A stretch of 63,365 nt of DNA, filler included, from Globobulimina sp. (lineage: Eukaryota): NCBI GenBank assembly GCA_003354225.1. It is 55 parts of 55 records of this genome, joined end to end, with 100 filler letters (N's around TTAATTAATTAA, not from the genome) between each part and the next. Parts side by side here need not be neighbours in the genome. Positions count along the whole stretch, not along the records: positions 1 to 1,055 come from PIVH01024709.1; positions 1,156 to 2,210 come from PIVH01024710.1; positions 2,311 to 3,365 come from PIVH01024711.1; positions 3,466 to 4,520 come from PIVH01024712.1; positions 4,621 to 5,675 come from PIVH01024713.1; positions 5,776 to 6,830 come from PIVH01024714.1; positions 6,931 to 7,985 come from PIVH01024715.1; positions 8,086 to 9,140 come from PIVH01024716.1; 47 more parts are not named here. The stretch is one strand, 5' to 3'. Positions 1-11,550 of the stretch are shown one piece after another. The stretch's first letter is position 1. Every line of letters starts with the position of its first letter. The notes under the pieces were generated by a model, which was not told the DNA's origin, ran no database searches, and saw only the letters and a list, made by a program, of their open reading frames with translations. The translations under genes were made by a program, and so were the position numbers.

Positions 1-518
1 CATGTAAATAAATTCCTTTAGGTAAATATTGGATAAAAAAAATGTTAAAAAAAAGTAGTACTAGTAGTACTAGTACTACTACTCATAAAAAAAATCTCTA
101 AATTTTGAAATCACTGGTATGAGGGTCTATCGACCCAATTAGAAGAATTTAAAAAAATTCCACGGTGCTGAAGCAGCTAATTTGTCAGAAATTTCGCGCA
201 TAAAGAAACTCCATCGACAATGACGATGATTTTATAAGCTTCCGATGATCCAATGCTTCGAACAAATGTTATTATCATCAATATTATTATCAATCCATTC
301 CATAAATTCAACCAAAAATTTGAACTTTGCAATTATAACATCGCGATTTCGTGTGTAACGCCGATATCTTTTCCAATGTTGTATATGAGTCATCAGACAA
401 AAACATTTGCGTACACTCATCATTTGTACATCCAATGATATTTGGTTTGAAAATGTGCCCGTCAAACCAACTCGCGTCAAATTTATAATCATCATAAGGT
501 AAAATTGGATTATCATCA

Positions 519-1055
519 ATTTTTTGGAGAGGCCTTGACCTTTGGAAAGGCCGAGGGGTGGAAAGGGGATCCTACAAATTATGGATTAGATTCAATAGAA
601 ACTAATTGATCCACACAAGTCTATTGACATATTGCATATGTGTTTTCTGTTGTCGGTTAAAAATATATGTAATCCCAACTTGTATATAAACTGTATAATG
701 TTTAGCAGTAATACACTTGTGGCATATATTTTGTAACCGAGGTCCAAAGCAACAGAATCACCCTAGTTTCATTATGCGTCAATCTGTGCATACTACTAGT
801 AGCAACGCCAAACGTCCTATGATAGACACGGACATGATTGTTCAGCTTGAGATTTTTGGTGACTGTCAAGAACTAATGTTCTCTATTCTAATCTCGTGTT
901 AACTATCTAATATTCTATATGTCAGCGCATTGTCGTGCGTTTTAGATCTATTCCTCTTTTACATATATTATGCAGTGATTAGGGGTGAGCCCTATTTTTT
1001 GGAGAGGCCTTGACCTTTGGAAAGGCCGAGGGGTGGAAAGGGGATCCTACAAATT
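519..1055 (+). repeat. 62-bp GC-rich direct repeat (519-580 and 994-1055)
   Basis: ATTTTTTGGAGAGGCCTTGACCTTTGGAAAGGCCGAGGGGTGGAAAGGGGATCCTACAAATT occurs twice, with an internal GGCCTT...AAGGCC hairpin. The second copy ends at the contig edge. Confidence 0.9.
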
Positions 1056-1155
1056 NNNNNNNNNNNNNNNNNNNNNNNNNNNNNNNNNNNNNNNNNNNNT
1101 TAATTAATTAANNNNNNNNNNNNNNNNNNNNNNNNNNNNNNNNNNNNNNNNNNNN
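1056..1155. other. Artificial contig spacer N44-TTAATTAATTAA-N44 (first of 54 identical copies, period about 1154 bp)
   Basis: The same 100-bp block recurs throughout and TTAATTAATTAA puts stops in all six frames. Contig lengths fall 1055, 1054, 1053; 15x1055 + 20x1054 + 20x1053 + 54x100 = 63365. Confidence 0.99.
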
Positions 1156-1186
1156 GACATTAATATACATGCAAAAAAATATAAGT

Positions 1187-2137
1187 CTATGCTCCGTCAG
1201 ATTCCGGATCAATAAAATGCATTTTAATGATAAATATCTTCAATTGTTTGCTTGCTTTTCTCTCCGGAACGATAATGAAGTTGAGCCAGGTATCAATCTT
1301 AGCAACGTTAAAATATCCATCATCCTCAGATGCAGTCTGTAATGTACACGAATATATTGAAAAGCGAGCCGATATTTTTGCAAATAAATGCGGCAATAAC
1401 ATGAAACTCAATAAATACGAATATGTTTCAGCAACCTCCATATCACCGCTATACTTTTTCTTTTTTAATTGCTGCAATGAAATCTCATCCATTTTGGCCA
1501 CAATTTCATTTTTTAATTTGTCCAACGAAACATCATCAGGAATATCATCAGGAATATCATGATAAGTTCTCATAATTTTTAATCGTTTAATAATAAATTG
1601 CAACAATCCGTTGGCCGATTTTATGTCATTTTGTTTATGCAGAATTAAAGAGGACGGAGCTGACACATTTTTGTTGCTTTTTAATTGTGCCACACCGGCA
1701 TATATTTTGTTATATTTTGCCGCAGAGTTTGGGATTTTCAATTTTTGCGTTACAAAGTGTCCTATGCCTTTTTTCGGTATTTGTTGCAATATAGTTTTTG
1801 TAATGTTTGATAGTTTAAAATTACAAATTTCCCCTTCTTTAAACAATATTTTCTCCGGATTGCCATAACTAATTCTTAGCCACTTACAGTATTGTATTCT
1901 ATTTACTTTTTTTTTATACAACTCATTCAAACCCATTTGCGCAATTTTCGTGTTTACCAATTTTGCACTTTTTGGATGTAAAAAGCATAGATTGGACAAT
2001 GAGTATACAGGCAAATATTCTACAAATATGGCAAAAAACAAATCCAAAAATTTATCGAAATCTGATTGCTTCTTTCTTTTTTTCTTTTTTTTCATTTTCT
2101 TCTTATTCTTATTCTTGGCTTTTGAAGCCATGGCCAA
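1187..2137 (-). CDS. Hypothetical protein (316 aa, Lys-rich N-terminus)
   Basis: Long ATG-to-TAG ORF filling the contig, with an NLS-like poly-Lys stretch; no domain recognised. Confidence 0.55.
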   Translation of the reverse strand: MAMASKAKNKNKKKMKKKKKRKKQSDFDKFLDLFFAIFVEYLPVYSLSNLCFLHPKSAKLVNTKIAQMGLNELYKKKVNRIQYCKWLRISYGNPEKILFKEGEICNFKLSNITKTILQQIPKKGIGHFVTQKLKIPNSAAKYNKIYAGVAQLKSNKNVSAPSSLILHKQNDIKSANGLLQFIIKRLKIMRTYHDIPDDIPDDVSLDKLKNEIVAKMDEISLQQLKKKKYSGDMEVAETYSYLLSFMLLPHLFAKISARFSIYSCTLQTASEDDGYFNVAKIDTWLNFIIVPERKASKQLKIFIIKMHFIDPESDGA

Positions 2138-2423
2138 TTAAAAAAAAAACACTGAGTCCAAAAAAACAATATTTTAATTTAACTATTTTAATTCACACAA
2201 CTTGCTTCCANNNNNNNNNNNNNNNNNNNNNNNNNNNNNNNNNNNNNNNNNNNNTTAATTAATTAANNNNNNNNNNNNNNNNNNNNNNNNNNNNNNNNNN
2301 NNNNNNNNNNTATACAAAATATGTCTACCAGTAGAGTCAGTAGACAATATATGCAGTATACACAGTAGACAGAATATACACAGTATATATATTTTCTACT
2401 AATAAGAATAGACAGAACCAAAT

Positions 2424-3131
2424 TCAACCCAATTTCCATACATCAATGTCAACAGTTGTATCACCAAAAAAACTCCATATTTCAAATATTTTTTTTTGTA
2501 ATTCTTTCTCAGATTTATTTGCCAACATATTTCCAATGCATTCTTTGCCAAAAATCATTAAAAATCCCAATGTTGCCATATCATAATTATAATTAAAATC
2601 CGTAGATAGAGAGATGTTAACATAATAAAATGCGTTCCAAAATATGGATTCATAGACTTGTGATGACCGGTTAATATGGCTTAGACGACCAAGTTCTATT
2701 ATTAACGCTGTATTAAAGTTATCAAAGAGCCCAAAAGAAACCATCAAATGTAATTTTCCAAATGCCAGGCAACAATAATTAAACAATGAGTTAATGAGTT
2801 TAATCCACATATATCTTTTGTGTCTGACACTGCTCCAATGCGGATATTTTAACATCACAACCGACGTCCAATGATTTCCGTAAAACATCATACATTTTAA
2901 AATTTGTTCAACATTTGGTGACCCACTATTTGTTATCCATAATTGTTTTTGTTGGAACATCATCTGATTCACTTTCTGAGAGGGTAACTCTTTAAATTGA
3001 GATATTTTAAAATCAGTTTCAATTTTTTGCAAAGCAATCTCAAATCCACTCCACCACATACAATGAGCATCCTTGAAACCTAATAATAAGTTTTGATATA
3101 ATTCATAAGCTCTTGGAAGCCATGCCATCAC
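2424..3131 (-). CDS. Hypothetical protein, probably a terminal exon
   Basis: 235-aa open frame in AT-rich DNA; no domain recognised. Confidence 0.45.
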   Translation of the reverse strand: MMAWLPRAYELYQNLLLGFKDAHCMWWSGFEIALQKIETDFKISQFKELPSQKVNQMMFQQKQLWITNSGSPNVEQILKCMMFYGNHWTSVVMLKYPHWSSVRHKRYMWIKLINSLFNYCCLAFGKLHLMVSFGLFDNFNTALIIELGRLSHINRSSQVYESIFWNAFYYVNISLSTDFNYNYDMATLGFLMIFGKECIGNMLANKSEKELQKKIFEIWSFFGDTTVDIDVWKLG

Positions 3132-3701
3132 TGAACACCAGGTTTGTTTATAATATATAGCCAGTATTAGCCACTTTTGTCAGAATGTTCTAAAGTATAC
3201 ATACTGCATCAGAAACACCAACACGAAGAAATGCGACACAGTTCATGTAAAGTAATCGGACAATAAACTTATTTTCAATCAAACAAACATAAACTTATTT
3301 TCAAAAATATCTCGAGAAAAAAAAAATACATTGCAAATCATATCAAGACTGCCCCCAAAACTATANNNNNNNNNNNNNNNNNNNNNNNNNNNNNNNNNNN
3401 NNNNNNNNNTTAATTAATTAANNNNNNNNNNNNNNNNNNNNNNNNNNNNNNNNNNNNNNNNNNNNTCGTTTTATTTTATTAGTTATTCGAAATATCGATA
3501 ATTAAATAAATGAATTTTTTTTCGAGATATAAAAAGTCGAAACCGCCAAAAGGCACTTCTGCGGACCGTCAGCTATCGATCGGTATATAGATCTTCGATA
3601 ATCGTCAGCCATTTTTTCTGGGATTGGCCGGACATAGATACATACATACAAACGGCTCTCCTATTTGTAAGTAGATTTGGTCTTTTTTTATTTGTTTTTA
3701 G

Positions 3702-4335
3702 GCCAAAATCGATTGTAATGATAGTAGAGTATTGTTTGTTGGTGAAGAAAATAGTGTAATGAATATCAATTTGTCAATGAGTAATGTCAATATTCATTCA
3801 TATCGAAGTATAACATCAATCAATCTCAATGGCACTCAATTGACAAATACAAAAATCATTTATTCCAATCTCTCACTCAATGCCATCAACAGTCAATTCA
3901 GTTTGGTCATACGTAATGCTACTGTCAACATCACTGTACATGATTGTAAAATAAATTACACCGTCCTGCTGGTTCAGGTATTTTTATTTGATTGTATATT
4001 TATTTAAAATATTTAATGAATGTATATATTTTAGGACCGGAACATTACATCATGCAGTCAATTAACTCCATCCAGTTCAACTACAACAACCAGTGTCATC
4101 ACAGAATCAACTTCAACTACAAGTACATCATCAATGACCAGTTTGAGCACAGGATCACCAATCATCACTCATACCAGTACTCCAATTGTTACATCGACAC
4201 AAACCACTCCTCATAGTAATATTATATTAAATATATTTGTTTTATTATAATAATTTAAACATTTTATTCCAGGCATATCCAGTACTCCACCAACAACAAA
4301 GACAAGTGTCACATCGGAAGAGACAACTACTCAAA
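3702..4335 (+). CDS. Spliced mucin-like Ser/Thr-rich glycoprotein fragment (exons 3702-3977, 4035-4215, 4273-4335)
   Basis: Two 57-bp GT-AG introns (3978-4034, 4216-4272) keep the frame: ...TVLLVQ|DRNITSCSQLTPSSSTTTTSVITESTSTTSTSS...TPH|SISSTPPTTKTSVTSEETTTQ. Many N-x-S/T sequons in exon 1. Confidence 0.75.
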
Positions 4336-4620
4336 GTATGTTAATTTAATTATAGTATTTTTGATGAGAAAGGGGGCTAAAGGTACCATCACATCCGAAA
4401 ATATGATTGTGTTGCAACTGAATAGCTAATTTTACATATTTTGTTGGAGTTTTTGCCATTTAACCTCCATGGCTGTTGACATTGTGCGAGTTACTGTATG
4501 TTGAGAGAAAGAGATATGTANNNNNNNNNNNNNNNNNNNNNNNNNNNNNNNNNNNNNNNNNNNNTTAATTAATTAANNNNNNNNNNNNNNNNNNNNNNNN
4601 NNNNNNNNNNNNNNNNNNNN

Positions 4621-5675
4621 TCATTTGATTCATTAGTGCTATTTTCTGAAGAATTTAAATCGACATCGTCCATTATAACGGAGTGTGAATCGGAGTTTTT
4701 ATATTTGACTGCAAAAGATTTGAATAAAGTGTTAAAATTAAATAACAGACACCGTTTACGAACAAAAGTATTATCATTGGAAGCTATTCCAATATTTCAA
4801 CGATTAACATATTCATCGCGATTGAGATTAAGCAATATTTCAAAAATTCGGACATTTTTGGATGATGATTTTGTTCCTTTATATGAAGAAATTGAAGAAA
4901 CAAAAAAAAAGCGTACATTATGTTATTGGATTCTAAGTGGAAAATGCCAGATCATTACAAATAAAAAAAATAAAGTTTTAGTTGAACGAAATTGTGGTTC
5001 AATGTTAAATGAGTATGGAATATTAAAATGTCATAAAGAGTTTTATAAAGATGTTATAAATACGGAAAATAGCGATATGTTGGATTTACATAAAAAAGTT
5101 AAAATTCAATGTCTCGGAAAATGTGAATTTATTCGTTTTTATTGGGATGAATTCTTACAAACTTTGGATAAAAAGCCAAGATTAAAAATATTAAAATTAG
5201 CAAGGAATCATATAACTCAATTATTATATTATATGGATTTTGCAAATTTACATAACAATAATAATACGAATCTGTTTAAACACTCCGCAATTACTACAAA
5301 ACCGATTAAAAAAATGCGAAAAACACTTTCTTTATCTACAATTCAAACGAAAATATTTGATTTTGAACCTGAAAATATTCGAAAATGTGACCATAAAAAA
5401 TTAAATACATTATCAAAATCTCTATCCACAGCAAATTTATTCTTACCACAATTTTATAAAAATAATATTAAAAATAATGCATTTAAGAAATTATCAAAAT
5501 CCATCTCATTTTCAAATTTATTATCTCCGCAAACAATGGTTAATTATGTTGATAATTTTAATGAAACCAGCAATAAAGAAAATAATTGTAAGTCATTATT
5601 ATTAACAAAACCGCCAACACCACGTACATTATCGAGAGTAATCTCTGGAAAAGAAAACATTGGATCTGTTTTTAC
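4621..5675 (+). CDS. Cyclic-nucleotide-binding (cNMP) domain protein, partial
   Basis: End of one cNMP domain (STSSIITECESEFLYLTAKDL) followed by a second (IPIFQRL...CYWILSGKCQI...GSMLNEYGIL...CLGKCEFIRFYWDEF). Confidence 0.7.
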
Positions 5676-5775
5676 NNNNNNNNNNNNNNNNNNNNNNNNN
5701 NNNNNNNNNNNNNNNNNNNTTAATTAATTAANNNNNNNNNNNNNNNNNNNNNNNNNNNNNNNNNNNNNNNNNNNN

Positions 5776-6830
5776 TAGCTTTGGCAGTTATTTTAAAAAA
5801 TTCATTTAATTTATACATTAATGGTTTCATATAAATATAATATGTTGTTGTTGCTAAACAATTTGATATTTTCATCCAACTATTCCGATATGCAATGGCT
5901 TGATTTCCTTCTAATGTTTTAAAATATTTATTTGTAAATATTTTATATATTTTTAAATTCTTATTATGAATACAGACAATGTTTTCTTTTGCAGTGACAA
6001 AAGGTAATGTACATTGTAATTTTTGTGTCAATATTTGAGCTTCAATATATGGAATATTCATTTTTTCTAAATATTTCTCGTTTTTTTTATAAATATGTTC
6101 CAATTTAATTTGCTTGTTTTGTAATCTTTTTGTTGGTTTGCCATATATTAATCTATCACACATTTCTTGTTTTATTTGAGATAATTGTTTTCGACATTGT
6201 TGCTGTTCCTGTTCCACTTTATACAGTGCTTCTTTTATCATATTTGGGTGACCTAAAACATGAACATTCATCATTTGAATGTACAACAATTTTGTTGCTA
6301 AACCCATATTAATATGCAATAACGATGGAATTATTCTGGAACAGCAAGTATAAGCTTCAGGAGCAATGGGTCCAACTCCATATGAATACTGATAAATAGT
6401 TTGTTTTGTTCTGCTTAATATGTTTTTATTTAATTGCGCTTCTTTATACATTTCACGCGCTGAATCAACGGTTGTTTTTGTCCTATAAACTGTATCACCA
6501 TTGACACCATTACTAAATGCATTCTTGTTTGTGATTCGACACAATACACAAAAACATGTGGATGAATGACTTGCAAATCCATAACGTTTATCAAATCCAG
6601 ATAAGTCACCACCATCTTGTGGTGCTACATAAACAATATCTGCAACCAATGTATCATTTGAAAATGATATATATTGATTGCCAAATGAATCACATTGAAT
6701 TATTTCAACCGGTATATCAAATGCACCATTCCAAAATTTACCAGAACCAATAACAATATATTCACTGTTAATATTATCCACAAACTCATTTCTTTTTAAA
6801 ATATTTATACTATCAATATTATCCACAAAC
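5776..6830 (-). mobile_element. RAG1/Transib-like (or Chapaev-like) DDE transposase, internal fragment
   Basis: Ordered motifs GGDLS...G...SSTCFCVLC, IIPSLLHINMG and LEGNQA parallel RAG1 GYDEK...GSVYICTLC, PSIDALHCDIG and MNGNFA. Intronless frame open across the contig. Confidence 0.7.
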
Positions 6831-6930
6831 NNNNNNNNNNNNNNNNNNNNNNNNNNNNNNNNNNNNNNNNNNNNTTAATTAATTAANNNNNNNNNNNNNN
6901 NNNNNNNNNNNNNNNNNNNNNNNNNNNNNN

Positions 6931-7380
6931 GTTATAGTCATACTCATATAATTCAATATTATTTGCTGGGACAATATCTTCAAATAATTTTGCAATTTTT
7001 ATTCGAACCGAACCACTTAATGAAGTTTTACATGTTTTCATTTTTAACAAATCGCCATTAAATCCATCAATAAATCTCAATGTTGTTTGTAAATCTTCAT
7101 CAAATATTTCCCTTTCTTGTTGATTTGGAAAATTTGATTTATAATATTTGCAAACAGCTTTTTTTAATGACTCTGTATTTCCATTATAATTAATTCGTGC
7201 ATTTAATACACTTTCACAAAATAGCTGAGCAGTTAAATGGAATGAATCCAATTTTTGTGCACAAATTTCTGTCGTTTCGGCTATTTTACTTGTTTTATTA
7301 AACCATTCATGTTTGGGATTTAATTGTACCGTATAACCATAATCTGACAATTCTTTGCTCTCAATTGTATGATCGGCGAT
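6931..7380 (-). CDS. Hypothetical protein fragment (left half of a probably chimeric contig)
   Basis: Open frame LIADHTIESKELSDYG...YEYDYN runs to the contig edge and abuts an opposite-strand bacterial-type ORF. Confidence 0.4.
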
Positions 7381-7985
7381 TAATTGAATGGATTTATAAG
7401 TCAGGTGAGATACATATAGTACAAACAAGACCATTTCCAAATGTTGAAAAAAATAGAAGGTCTTATGTAGAAGAAAACCTTAAAAAAGCACTTCCATTAT
7501 CAGACTCTATTGGTGTAAAAGCTGCAGCGATGAATTATTTTTATAAAAAGAAATGGTTTAGTTCACAATTTGTATTATTAGAGTCAACATTAAAGTTAAG
7601 TGAATGGATAGAAATAATTGAACATATGGTTATTGATGAATGTGGAATCACAATTCGCTTTTCTTTAAAAGAGACCATTGGATTACCAAGGAAGTTTTGT
7701 AAAACAAAAAAAATAGCTATAGAGTTTTTGAAGGAGAACTGGAGCAAAGGATGGAATTGCATTATTCACCCTTATTTTGAGGTGAAAAGTTCATTTGAGC
7801 TTTTAGTTGATAAATCTGACTTTGTCCTGGAACATATTCCTGGGTTGTGGGAAAGTGACAATAAGGAAGAGCCTGATTTGATTTATTTTTTTAATGATGA
7901 ACTGATTATTAATCTAAATGAAACTAACAGGCTAAGTTTTGAGGATACTATAGATGGTGAGCGTTTCCGTACGAAAGTCGAACCC
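7380..7985 (+). CDS. Bacterial PEP/pyruvate-binding (PPDK_N, ATP-grasp) domain protein fragment
   Basis: IEWIYKSGEIHIVQTRP matches the DIEW...LQxRP end of PPDK_N. It is followed by IGVKAAAM, resembling the GxKA start of a second copy. Confidence 0.6.
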
Positions 7986-9240
7986 NNNNNNNNNNNNNNN
8001 NNNNNNNNNNNNNNNNNNNNNNNNNNNNNTTAATTAATTAANNNNNNNNNNNNNNNNNNNNNNNNNNNNNNNNNNNNNNNNNNNNCTGGGAGCCCTGGGG
8101 TTGGTTGTTTAAAGTTTAGGTAGCAGAGCTCTCTAATCTGAACGATCTTTAGCAAAAAAAATGTAAAAATCGCGACTCGGAAAAGCGACCCCACCCCTGG
8201 CTCTTCTGCCATCTGAACCCGCCGATTTGGGTATTTTTTTTCGGAACGGAACTACATTGTGACTGCTCCTGTTGAGTTGCGATTGAATCAACATGACAGA
8301 ACTTGTGTGCTGAGTTTCAGCATCTTGCTGGCGCAAAAACCTTGACTTGGTTGTACCCTTACCCGAAGGAAAAAATATTTTTAGGCTACCCAAAATGTCG
8401 CTCTTTTTCAGACTCGTTGTCTGTTTTGTTGTCTGTTTCTATTTCCAACGGAAAACGAAAATGTTCTTCCAAAAGAAAACGAAAATGTTCTTCTTGCAAA
8501 GTTATGCAGTTGCTTCGGAAACAGTCAGTTGCTGCATAGGGATGTGGTGATTCTGGATGGTGCGGCAAAACGTCATGGAAAAACACCCAACAGATCCAAA
8601 ACTGTAAACATTTATTCAGATCCGCAGTATAGATATAAAGGGTATAGTCAAGAAGATTTGCAATATATTCATGAAAATATAAATCATACAATCGTGAATA
8701 TGTTTGCTTATCAGTTTGAGGTAAATAGGACAGTGGAACTAAGTTGATAATGACAGCAACGACCAGTTGGTAATTACCATCAAATGTCGCAAAAAGACTC
8801 CCTTTATGTATATATTTCATTCAATATTGGATTTGTCATAACTTTGTTTTGAGTTTGCGTATAAAAAAGCTCGAAGTTTTTACGAGGTGTAGGAAGTATT
8901 AATGCTACAACATAACTCCGCTGGAATGTACAATTGCAAAATATAGCATTAATATGAATACCTCCTACTATCTGTACATATAAATTTGATCATACATAAA
9001 AATGATCACATATATGTAATAGAAATAGAAATATATTTTGGAGTTAAAAAAGCACACTGAATACAATATATTTATGATCACACAACGCATTAACAATATG
9101 ATAAACAAATCTATCTTGGTTTGTTATATTGCTTCAACTGNNNNNNNNNNNNNNNNNNNNNNNNNNNNNNNNNNNNNNNNNNNNTTAATTAATTAANNNN
9201 NNNNNNNNNNNNNNNNNNNNNNNNNNNNNNNNNNNNNNNN

Positions 9241-9667
9241 CACCAAAACTAGCACCATCGCAGTATCGTAAATATACTTTATTCCAATTGTAGAATAGTG
9301 GATTTGTGCTTGAATTATCACCTAAATAAGCATGAGAGTTCATATTAATGGTAGCCGTGTCATTTTTGGTTGTCCCGTATTTTGTTGTATGACGTTGCCA
9401 ACAACAATCAAATCCTTTGCCATTTGATTCAAATAAACCTGAACACCATCCGCCACCTTGGAAAAATATCACTTGTTTTTTTGAAAGGAAATATATAAAA
9501 TATTGTTTGTAATTAATTAATTTACATAGATAAAGAATACCATATTTCTTTGATTCTGTACCGTCGGCAAAATAATATTCACCAGGAGTGCCATCAAGAC
9601 ATACTGCGCCATCATTCTGTGCTGCACTTGTTAATAAGACGCGATGCCCCACATTGTTTGACATGCA
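9241..9667 (-). CDS. Pectin acetylesterase / Notum-like hydrolase fragment (intron 9472-9540)
   Basis: AVCLDGTPGEYYF, FFQGGGWC and NPLFYNWNKVYLRYCDGASFG are PAE/Notum signatures. Removing the 69-bp GT-AG intron gives KKYVIFFQGGG. Confidence 0.9.
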
Positions 9668-9726
9668 CTAAAAGTTGCAGCATCATTGATGTCAGCATCA
9701 TCTCAAAGTGAAAATGTTTTTGAAAA

Positions 9727-10209
9727 ATGATGATTGATTATTTACAATACACATTATCATTACTGTTCCGAATTATATTTGACATTTTACTTTTGTTTAC
9801 AAGTCCAATATGGTATTTAATAGAAATATATCAAACAAATAAAGTGAATAAAAAAAGATTCGAAACAATATTAATAACTGGTGCTTCATCTGGAATTGGT
9901 AAAGGTGTTGCCATTGAATTTGCAAAGCAATCAAACAACAAAGATTTAACCTTATTTTTATTGGGTCGTAATATGGAGAGATTGAATCAAACCAAAGAGA
10001 AATGTTTAAAATATAATGCAAACCTTTCAATATTTTGTCACTGTGTAGACATACGACATAAAGAAAAGTTGAAACAAATATTAATTGAAGAATGTGATAA
10101 TTATAAAACAATTGATTTAGTATTTGCCAATGTAGGCATTAATACCAATGGATGTTCAACTTATGATTGGTTTGAAAATGTCGAAGAAATTATTAATCTA
10201 AATATATAA
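9727..10209 (+). CDS. Short-chain dehydrogenase/reductase, N-terminal part with membrane anchor
   Basis: TILITGASSGIGKGVA Rossmann motif, LLGRNMERL and IDLVFANVG; hydrophobic N-terminus. Confidence 0.88.
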   Translation: MMIDYLQYTLSLLFRIIFDILLLFTSPIWYLIEIYQTNKVNKKRFETILITGASSGIGKGVAIEFAKQSNNKDLTLFLLGRNMERLNQTKEKCLKYNANLSIFCHCVDIRHKEKLKQILIEECDNYKTIDLVFANVGINTNGCSTYDWFENVEEIINLNI

Positions 10210-10551
10210 CGAAGAGAAATTCTTCATCATCTTCCGTGTTTTTTTCGTCATTCTACTTTATAACCTGGCATAGATGGAGCCATTATGAGGCTATGNNNNN
10301 NNNNNNNNNNNNNNNNNNNNNNNNNNNNNNNNNNNNNNNTTAATTAATTAANNNNNNNNNNNNNNNNNNNNNNNNNNNNNNNNNNNNNNNNNNNNAATCT
10401 CATTTGTAATTGCTTTCTCTTCCTTTATCTCAATTCCATAGTTATTACCATTATTGCTTGTATCCATCCTTGGGTCTGTGCTCATTGTACAATCTACACA
10501 GTTTAGTTTTGAAAACCTTTTGGTATCTTTGAGTAGCCGTAGCAGTAAACC

Positions 10552-11372
10552 ATGTTCCCGCATGCGTACAACTTTCCACCTCAAACGTACCAATTAGGGT
10601 ATAATCCATGGACCGCCCATGCCCAAGCGCAATTTCGTGCAGCAGCACAATTGCAACAGTCTCAACTCGCCGCCTATTCTGTTCAACCAACATTGATCCA
10701 ACAGGCACAGTCTGCTGCTGCCTTACAACAACAACAGCAAGCAATTGCAATGCAAGCTGCATTACAACGTAATACAAATCGAATTGCATCACAACAACCA
10801 TATAAATTCCAACCACAACCAGCATATCCGCATCATCACCATCAGCACCATCCGCATCACAAAAAACATTATAATAATCATCGTAATCACAATCATCATC
10901 ATCATAAACAAAATAAAAACGGCCATGGTTTATATCCCAAAACATGTACAATATGTAACGTTGTATGCAATTCCCCATTGCAGTGGGATATGCACGTAAA
11001 TGGCAAAAAACATATTAAACAAATCCGTGGTGTACAGTATCAAAACAATATAAACAATATAAACAACCCAAACAATGCGCATTCGGCCTCCGCCGCAACC
11101 AAAACGAGTTCAGACACAAAATTTTATTTTCTGGTTTTATTTGTTTGATTTACTTAACTTATTATTGATTGATTATAGCATCTGTATCTACATCAACTGC
11201 ACATAATTCATCACTTGACTCACATGACAACAATGCACATACAAATAATAATGATACAAAACGAGAAATGATACCAAGTGATCAATATGTTGTTGAAATT
11301 GATGGAAATCGAAAATGCGCGTTGTGTCATGTTGAATTCACGTCGGCAATGTGTGAGATCTCACACATTAAG
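10552..11372 (+). CDS. Matrin/JAZ-type C2H2 zinc-finger protein with Gln/His-rich region (intron 11108-11178)
   Basis: CTICNVVCNSPLQWDMHVNGKKH, then after a phase-1 intron CALCHVEFTSAMCEISHIK; next donor at 11373. Confidence 0.8.
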
Positions 11373-11550
11373 GTACAAATTCAACATCTCACTCTCTACA
11401 CTTTCTACCTCCAATATCTATGCCCAATGTCTTATAATTAAAGAATATTTNNNNNNNNNNNNNNNNNNNNNNNNNNNNNNNNNNNNNNNNNNNNTTAATT
11501 AATTAANNNNNNNNNNNNNNNNNNNNNNNNNNNNNNNNNNNNNNNNNNNN

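Noticed and set aside
8386..8820. 144-aa gene
   Set aside because: No recognisable motif; the EEHFRF duplication reflects a 24-bp DNA repeat; coding status could not be established.
10451..10978. Antisense and alternate-frame ORFs from the track (for example 10451-10978, 25972-26403, 44481-44711, 61624-61962)
   Set aside because: These are shadows of real genes or low-complexity sequence on the other strand or frame, with no motifs.
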